Both the position numbers and the translations under genes were made by a program. A stretch of DNA of 64,000 bases from Lingula anatina (lineage: Eukaryota; Animalia; Brachiopoda): positions 39,596,788 to 39,660,787 of the forward strand of contig CM120640.1 in the NCBI GenBank assembly GCA_051362555.1. Reading direction: 5' to 3'. The number at the start of each line of letters is the position of its first letter. The first letter of the stretch is position 1. Below the pieces are notes generated by a model. That model worked only from the letters and a program-made list of their open reading frames with translations, had not been told where the DNA came from and searched no databases. Shown here one piece after another: positions 56,050-64,000 of the stretch.

Positions 56050-56099
<50 letters not shown>

Positions 56100-58959
56100 T
56101 TTATGAGACGGCTTTTAAGTATTTGTAGATAGACATATTGGCATGTCATATTTGCAGGGCAGTCAGTTGCTGGCGTCTGGTTCTCGGGACCGTTACCTCA
56201 ACCTACTAGATCTTAACAAGCTGGACCCAGACAATCCTAACAGTGCCAAAGATGTCAGGATATGGAATGTGATGAATGCGCACAAGGTAAATGATCTGAA
56301 TCTTTCCAACAACAAATAACTGTATCACATCTGCCACATGTATAAATGCACTGAAATTGGTTATCAGTTGTCATATGTGTACTTTAAAAATGTATTGTAG
56401 AGTGTAAAAGAGCTTGTTGGACCTTATAGTTAGATTTATTTATTTAAAAAAATTGATCAATGTCATGTTAATAAAGGTGTTGTGCAAGGTAACATTACCC
56501 CACATTTTCTTCCTGTAGGTAATTTCATTTTCCTAGAAATCCCTAGGGGCTTACAGTCAAATAAGAAATGGATAAGGGTAGATAGTATAACTATGGATGA
56601 TATGTATGTCTACCTGTTCCATGTTTGTATTACCAATAATGATAAAGTTAGCTACTTTCTTTCAAGGGCTGGATTTGGTCCATGAGCTCTTTTGACGACA
56701 CATTACTCACTGGATCCTGGGATACATATCTCTCACTCTGGGACTTAGCAGGTGGTGGAGTGCCAAAGAGCAGAATAAAGTATGTGACAGAAAAAAAAAT
56801 TTTTTTTTTTTTTTGGTAAATGAGTCAACGTGTTTAGTTAAATTTTTGTCAGGTTCTGACATATGAAATTTGTTTTATGTTCTTTGCAGTCATTTCTGCA
56901 ACAAAATTTAAATTGCACCCCATGTCTCTTTACCAAATATAGTTGTGGTTATTATTAATTTTATTATTAAATGTGCATATATTTTGTTTCGTTTTGTTTG
57001 TTTTTTTCCTTTTTGTCACACAAGAATAAATATTATTAATTCTATTTACAGCAATGCAAATATTTTGATTCTAAACTTTTTCACACAGGTGCAAGTCTGC
57101 TGTGCTGTGCATAAAGACCTTTGATGAGCAGGTGACAGCAGGTGGTTACGATAATAAAGTATACACGATAGATCCACGGGTAGGCATTATGACAGAGAAA
57201 CGCTACCACAAAAAACCTGTTCTTTGTATGGCTGTGGACCAGGACTATGTTATTACTGGGAGTGAGGACCAGACTATAGTGGTGTATGACAAAAGGGCGG
57301 GAAGCGTATACAAAACTATCTCGGTAGGAAGCAATTTTGATTTAGCAGTTTAGACGTTTTTCAAGATGATATTTAATAATAATATTAAATATCATCTTGA
57401 AAAACGTCTAAACTGCTAAATCAAAATAGCTTCCATATAATTATTTTAGAACTTAATGAATGAGCAGTGGTACCTGTTTCTTTGCAGCTTTGACCAAAAT
57501 CAACACTAAAACACTGACCATATGTGTAGGATACTTTCAAATGTATGGCTTTTACTGATTATGGTGATATGTTACTGGTAGAATACCTTGAAGTACTTAA
57601 ATTGTCATATGATAACTGGTAGGGTCCCATGTTTCAGAAAAGGGTAGTGAGTCTTAAAAAACAGTTTCATTAGCTCTTTTATCTTTTACATTAACAAAGA
57701 TGGCCTAGCTGTGCCTGCTTTAAGGTCAGGTTACCTGTCATGCAGAGTCAATCAAAAAATAGCAGTCTGATACTTTTGTGTCTTTTAAATGTAATTCATT
57801 AACCAAAGTGGAGTAAAGCCACCACAGTGAGTTGTTAGCACTTAGACAGTATGAAAAAATACCTCAGTATCAGTATATGCATTGCATGCCAGTAAGCTAA
57901 TAGTTTAATTAGCAAACTGTTTTAAAACTTGTTTTGTAAATTTTGTTATGGTAGTTAATAAACATCACATGAGCAGCGACTCCTGCTACTGTTCAGATTG
58001 ATTCACTGCACTAAGGTTAGAGCAACACTATCTGTTTCAGCTGGAAGAAAGCTATGCCATGTCCATGTCATATGGCTTAGGACAGCTATGGGTGGGGTCA
58101 AAGGCAGGTGTGGTCCATCTTTTTGATGCAAGAGAAGGAAGGTTTGAACTGGAAGAAGTAGGTTTCAAAAATACAAGGATCAAAAACCAAGCATTAGTCT
58201 TGTGATAATGTTTTGGTACTGCATCAGTTGTGCATAACCTGTAACATGCAAGCCAAGAAAAATCTTTAGATCTTTTCCTACATTTAGCTTAAAAGCAGTA
58301 CAGATTTATTTTTGCATTTTGTTAGCCAACACAAAGTTGACTTGCTCTTGGAGTGACCATGATAGTTTAATTCTTAAAAGATGGGGTGTTCACAAGTATC
58401 TAATTTTTTTCAGACATATGACATAGGGCACAGTGGAAAAGTGACTGGTGTCCACCATTCCTTAGGCTCGATTATGACCTGTTCTACTGACCGCTCCATC
58501 AAAATTCTCCAGCCAACCCGTGATCCAGACACCATCACAACACTGGACGTTCATGATTTAGATGTGGCAGGGGTGAGTATGCAGCCTACTGCACTAACAT
58601 TATTGTAATTTTGTAGTTATTCAGGTATCATTGATTCTGAAGGAGACTGTTGGATGCTTGATTCAGGCATTTTAAAATATGATAATAATCATTCTGTTCT
58701 ATATGCAATAGACTATTTTAATTCACAACTTCAGAGTTTTTGTGCAAGTTTTGTAGATTTCGTAACACCACACTTTAGTAGGAAAAAAACTTATTTTTTT
58801 CTTCAAATTTTCAAAATGGAGCTTCTTTGGTTTTACTCAACATAAAAGTAATATTGATATCTTTTCTCCTTCTTGCAGATTGACTTCCAAAACAATGTTC
58901 TTGCCAGTGCATCCTGTGATGTTTCCATAGGTATATGGAAAGAAAAAGTGAACACATGA
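54782..58959 (+). CDS. FBXW9: F-box/WD40 repeat protein, FBXW9-like
   Basis: Exons at approx. 54782-54874, 55274-55553, 55820-55965, 56158-56286, 56667-56779, 57089-57323, 58041-58157, 58414-58572 and 58879-58959. F-box LDTLPPELFLCICDYLDAKFVIKTLSLVCKAF followed by WKIRI.KRW...YP. WD40 repeats LLASGSRDR, AHKGWIWSM..LLTGSWD, ITGSEDQTIVVYD. The first exon is the least certain. Confidence 0.85.
56052..56096. repeat. (GT)n microsatellite
   Basis: Tandem tg run. Confidence 0.95.
57327..57434. repeat. Near-perfect 108-bp inverted repeat (52-bp arms, 4-nt loop)
   Basis: 57327-57378 is the reverse complement of 57383-57434 with one mismatch. Confidence 0.93.
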
Positions 58960-60436
58960 TGTTTTAACTTAATTGTTGCTCAAGAGTTTTATGTGATGTG
59001 TCCATATCATACTGTTACTACCCAAGAGCTTTTTTATTTGCCATGTTCAAATGAGAGATAGAGCTTTGTATAGATTACAGAAATATCAGATGACTAAGTG
59101 GAGTTGTAATGATTCAGAGGGAATTCCAAAGAGAAAGTAAAAATGCAACCTTTATGTACATATTAAAGAAACGATGTGGATGAATATCACTTTATGTATG
59201 GATTATGTCGTCAAGCAGCATCAAGTACACAGAGTTCTTAAAATCTCATGTTTAAGTTGTATAATATATGGTGGTGTTATGTCAGCAAATCTAGTTTCAT
59301 TTTTTATTCACAAGCTCACATTAGATTTATATTAGGTACATGGAGTAAAAGAGACTTCAGATTAACATGCTTTGATATTGATTTATGGATGGAGAAATAC
59401 TGTAGGCTGGTTGTATGCATAAAATTTAACCAAATGGTCATGTGGCACAAAAAAAAAAAAAAAAAATTGGCTAAGATTCTGAATATAGAATATGACCATA
59501 TATTCCCTGAAGAGTTTTAGTTTTGGTAAGTGAGCCATATATTTATCTTTTTTAAAGTGCAATATTCTTTTTTACAAAAGAGCATTTCTACCTCTATTAT
59601 TTAAGACTGAAAACATTTGTATAGATCAGAATAGTTATTCTCTTAAGTATCATTACAGAAACTGTTATGTTAAAACATTTATTTGAAAGCATTTGTAATA
59701 TATAGAAATACAGTGTAGAGTGTTGCCCATGTGATTTTTCTTTGGTTCTTGCCCTATTTCTCTTATCACTGTCTATTGATGTCCAATTCACAAATGTGTT
59801 GTTTTTATTTTGTTTAAAAGTAATATATTTTGCACAGTTTTCATTTCTTTTTCTAAGATGCAATATTTTTTAAAAACTATGCAGCTCCACTATCCTTTAA
59901 TATACACACGGCAGCCAACAAGATTTTCATAGGGTAAATGTTTCAGCTCATTCTGCTGGCTGGATAATGTTCAAATCTTTGGATCTGAGCACAATTAATT
60001 TATACAAGTATACAATGTAGAAAAAAGTGTATAAATGATTTTCACATTGGCAGTACAGTTAAACAACACTGAGTATGAATAGTCCTATTTCCTTGCACTT
60101 AATATAAACCTCTATCAAGTATCTTTCAATTGTTGACATTGATTAGCTTATATCTGATTCTATCAGATTCATAACACCTTTCCTATATTTGCCCTATCCA
60201 ATTAATCTTAGATAATTGAGACATCACGTAGCCTACATCTGCATGTATTCTTAGATATTTGAAAAAGGACCTTTTTGAGACATCTGTTAATCAAACATCA
60301 AAATATTGTGGAGTCCTGGAAATCAAATGACAAATATTTAATAAAATGTACAGATACATAAAATAAATACATAGAATAAACATTAAATGGTAATGTTTTT
60401 GATATCTAGTTTATTGGCTGAAAATCCTTAGTTTTA

Positions 60437-60982
60437 GAGCGCATTCTCAACGAAGTAAGCCAGGCTTTACAAAGCCAGTGACCTAAAAATGGCGGACGTA
60501 CATGAAAGAAAAACCGCCTAATCTTTTAATAGTCTCTCCGCTTCCCCACACGTCGTCCCTGCGGGGTACAGTAATTAAATCGCGTCTCCGTTCGCCATGC
60601 GGAAGCTACCTGAGAAATATTAAGTGCGCATGCTCATCAGTTAAACTCGTGGTGAAGAAAGCATGGTGGCTGAAGGCGATCGAAGGAAAAAAGCTCTTCT
60701 GTTCTATTATCTTTGAAAACAGAGACGAAAAAGGAATAATTTGGCCCGTAGAGCAGCAATGAATCGACTATCTACGGAGATAATATCACCAGAGATATTC
60801 GCGGAAATATTAATGTTCGGAGCCGAGATTTAATTACTGTACCCCGCAGGGACGACGTGTGGGGAGGCGTGTGAGAGGCGGAGAGACTATTAAAAGATTA
60901 GGCGGTTTTTCTTTCATGTACGTCCGCCATTTTTAGGTCACCGGCTTTGTAAAGCCTGGCTTAATTCGTTGAGAATGCGCTC
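60437..60982. mobile_element. PIF/Harbinger-type MITE with ~145-bp TIRs and TTA TSD
   Basis: GAGCGCATTCTCAACGAA...TTCGTTGAGAATGCGCTC, flanked by TTA at 60434-60436 and 60983-60985. Confidence 0.92.
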
Positions 60983-62563
60983 TTATTCTACAAGTAAAAA
61001 AAATCAGAAGGAATTAGAATCGAAGCAGTGGGATATTGGTCATCTTATCCTCTTTTTACAAACTTTGGAAAAATATTCATGTTTCAAACCTAGCAAAAGG
61101 CATAATGTAGTTTTATGATGAAATAAGATGATGATGGAAGTATTGGAATATCCAAAAAAAAAAAAAAATAATAATAATAATTAACGATATTTAACATGTA
61201 CTTTGCATCAACATGTAAATGTCTGGATAAAATTTCTAGACTTCAGTCCACAAACCCTGTGGAAATAAAAGCGTGGGCGTCTCCGTGATTTAAATATGAA
61301 AATAATGAGCTTGGGTTCTGTACATGTACAACTACTGGCACTATGTTTTTAACTAGATCTGCAAGAGGCCCTTGCCTATATGTGCATATGTAATCTACAT
61401 TATATACAGATCAGCCTCCGTAAGCTGATTATTAGAATGTGTGAAAGTGGTTGTTTTTAGTCTTGTGCACAGCCCTTTTGACAACTTGTATTATTGAACT
61501 CCGTGAAAAAATAGAGTTTTGAAATCTCTGCTTCTCAACTAACACAATCATTCGCTCAAGTCGATGGTCTCACTCAAACTATCTCGAAAAATTTTCTTTC
61601 TTTTTGCTTTGTTTTCCTTATTTCTTTTTTTTTTTCTTGTAGGGAGGGAAGGAGGGGGTTATTGCAGAAATTATAATAGCTTATCTTTGGAAACGATGGA
61701 TCGGACCAGTCGTCCTGTCGTCTATTCTATTTGTCGTGTCTGTGGAAGCAGCATTGACATGATTGAGAAGGGGAAAGAGGATTCTTGAACATGTCAAATG
61801 CACCTCCATATTGGGTTTGGGTGTGTAATCCTTGATAAAGGGTACATACTATATAACATCATACCCTTTTGAGACACTGGTTTTAACTCCGGCTTTTCCC
61901 TGTTGTTTATAGAAATTAGAATCCATTGTTGTAGCAATAAATGCATGACACAGCCGATTTTACTAGTATCCGTCCCGTTCCTATCGTGTAGTCTGCGAAT
62001 TTCTTAAAGTGCTTGTAGGAGCAACTTAATTTAAGTAATGACAACTTCCAAGTGCTGTTAAATAGGGAGAAATAAAGGGACAACAAACATTAATGCATAA
62101 TTTTACATTTATATACATGGATGGACACTTTCAAAGCATGAACGTTCCGCATGAAACCGGTTATCACTGCTGATACCTGTTAAATTGCGTAGAATTAGCA
62201 TTAGCTGTTGCACTACTTTTTCACCCAAATGCGATAATTTACATGCCGAAGAATCAAAAGATAAAATTGAATTAATTCAAGCTAGTATTTATTTCTTAAA
62301 AACAAATATGTGTAGAGAACTCATTTTTACTATGTCTATTCCATTATGTAAGAAGCCTAAATTGTAACGTATGTTCCGGTAACGTGTGTTCCAGGTCATA
62401 TATATATATAATTTGTATCAGGTTCCAAATATGTTGAAATTATTTAATCATGGGAAATTATAGCTGACGCAAGGACGTCTTTTATGAATTTTTGAACTCA
62501 AGGGGCCTTGCGTCATGGCCAAAACGTATAGTAGGTCACATATGCTCCCTAGATAAAATGACA

Positions 62564-62803
62564 AACTATGAAAGCACTCCGAGAGCGCAGACCTCTGCCA
62601 AGGCAGCGATTTTTGATTATTATTGATTATTGATTGATTATTGATCTGGATCACCACCAAAAACTAACCATCTCTTCCTTGGCCCACTTCTGACAGTTCC
62701 TGAAAATTTCATCAAAATCGGTCAATAACTTTTTGAGTTATGTTGATGACAGACAAACAGACAAACAAACAGGGGTAAAACATAATATCCTTGGCGGAGG
62801 TAA
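62564..62803 (+). mobile_element. Short non-autonomous element with subterminal inverted repeats and (GACA/AACA)n tract, HINE-like
   Basis: ACCTCTGCCAAGG (62591-62603) is inverted relative to CCTTGGCGGAGGT (62789-62801), with an internal GACAGACAAAC microsatellite. Confidence 0.6.
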
Positions 62804-63395
62804 AAGAGAAGCTTATTCTTGCCCAAGCACTTGGTGCAATAGGTAGCCAGGTTTTCTGTTATCGACTGAAACATAAATACTGTTTTCATGTATAGTTTGA
62901 CATTTCTGACATAATTTTTCCACTACTAATAAAAAATAGCTCATTTTATGTTTTTTTTTTGCTTTCAGCATGTTGCATTTTTTACATATTTCGTGGCAAA
63001 CAAACTAAGATCGGGGAAAAAAATAATCGCACTATACAGAAATTATCATTTTTTTCAACATTATGCATATAGAAAATAAATTAAAAAAGAAAACAAGTGC
63101 TGTTCAAATTTTCAAAGCGAGTAAAACTTTTCCATTTGTGACGGTAACATGTTCCTTTATGGGGTTAGATGATGAATGTATATTTGATACGAACTTCTTT
63201 ATATGGGACACTTAAATCATCAAACATAGTTTCTAATCTGTGCACCGTTTTAGATTTTGTCATGATTCTTTCTTTTCTCACGTAGGCCCTACAACTTATT
63301 GATTAAGCGCGTAAATATCAGGTGTGAAAAAAACATTGCGTTAAAAAGTAAAACGTTAAAAAGTAAACTTAAGAGTTTATCAACTGTTCACACAG

Positions 63396-63460
63396 ACCTA
63401 GTATTAAACTGATAGCAATATAAATGTGACATTTATATTGCTATCAGTTTAATACTAGGT
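63396..63460. repeat. Perfect 65-bp palindrome (32-bp arms, 1-nt spacer)
   Basis: ACCTAGTATTAAACTGATAGCAATATAAATGT-G-ACATTTATATTGCTATCAGTTTAATACTAGGT, with a partial third copy of the arm at about 63662-63686. Confidence 0.93.
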
Positions 63461-64000
63461 GACAAGCGTCAATGATCCTGAAAGGAACATAATAGATCCT
63501 TATCGGTTTTTCTTTGAAAAGAAGTTTCTGAACTACTTTCGTAATACTTTAGTAAATAAAGGAAAACGTGTCTCAATTTTTCTTGCCATTCAATATTTGT
63601 CTCGGATAATTCGGTTTAGTTGAGATCGAAGAGGAAAAAATGCAATTTTTCTGTTTACATAGACCTAGTATTAACTGATAGCAATAGGCCTATTTTTAAA
63701 GATATTGTTTCAATGTCTTGTGATTTTTTATGCCTGTAAAGTTTTGCTGTCTAGTTTCTGTTTAAAAATAGATAGGCAATTTGGACAGAGAGAGGATTAT
63801 GTCCCAGCATACTTCTTCTAAGAAAAAACTTATCAGTGCTTACTTGAACGAATTAGTGATATTCTGTCAGCAGTAGGTTTATGATGCACATGTAATCACG
63901 CGGTTGCTGGCTAACATATCACGTTGATACCTATGTAATGTTATGAAAGCGGATAGTAATTGATTATAACTTAATAAGCCATGGGATTGACAGCTGTGTG

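Overview
AT-rich, gene-dense, intron-containing animal genomic DNA, most likely a lophotrochozoan such as a mollusc (inference from a Meta-domain-like SINE, the transposon repertoire and the protein sequences). There are seven spliced genes: the 3' half of BMAL1/ARNTL (+), a signal-peptide-bearing JmjC/cupin hydroxylase (-), WDR45/WIPI4 (+), a YTH-domain plus Pol-beta-type (RlaP/PF10127-like) nucleotidyltransferase fusion (+), an uncharacterised probable ciliary protein (-), transportin TNPO1/2 (-) and an FBXW9-like F-box/WD40 gene (+). Two near-complete retroelements sit in introns: a young Mag-like Ty3/Gypsy LTR element and a DIRS1-type tyrosine-recombinase element. The window also has several MITEs, some of them nested. 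The transportin gene has a U12-type first coding intron and four intronic C/D snoRNAs (SNORD41-, U26- and U81-like). The most notable candidate for new biology is the YTH-nucleotidyltransferase fusion. Exon boundaries were read by eye and may be off by a few bases. Family assignments come from recalled motifs, not database searches.
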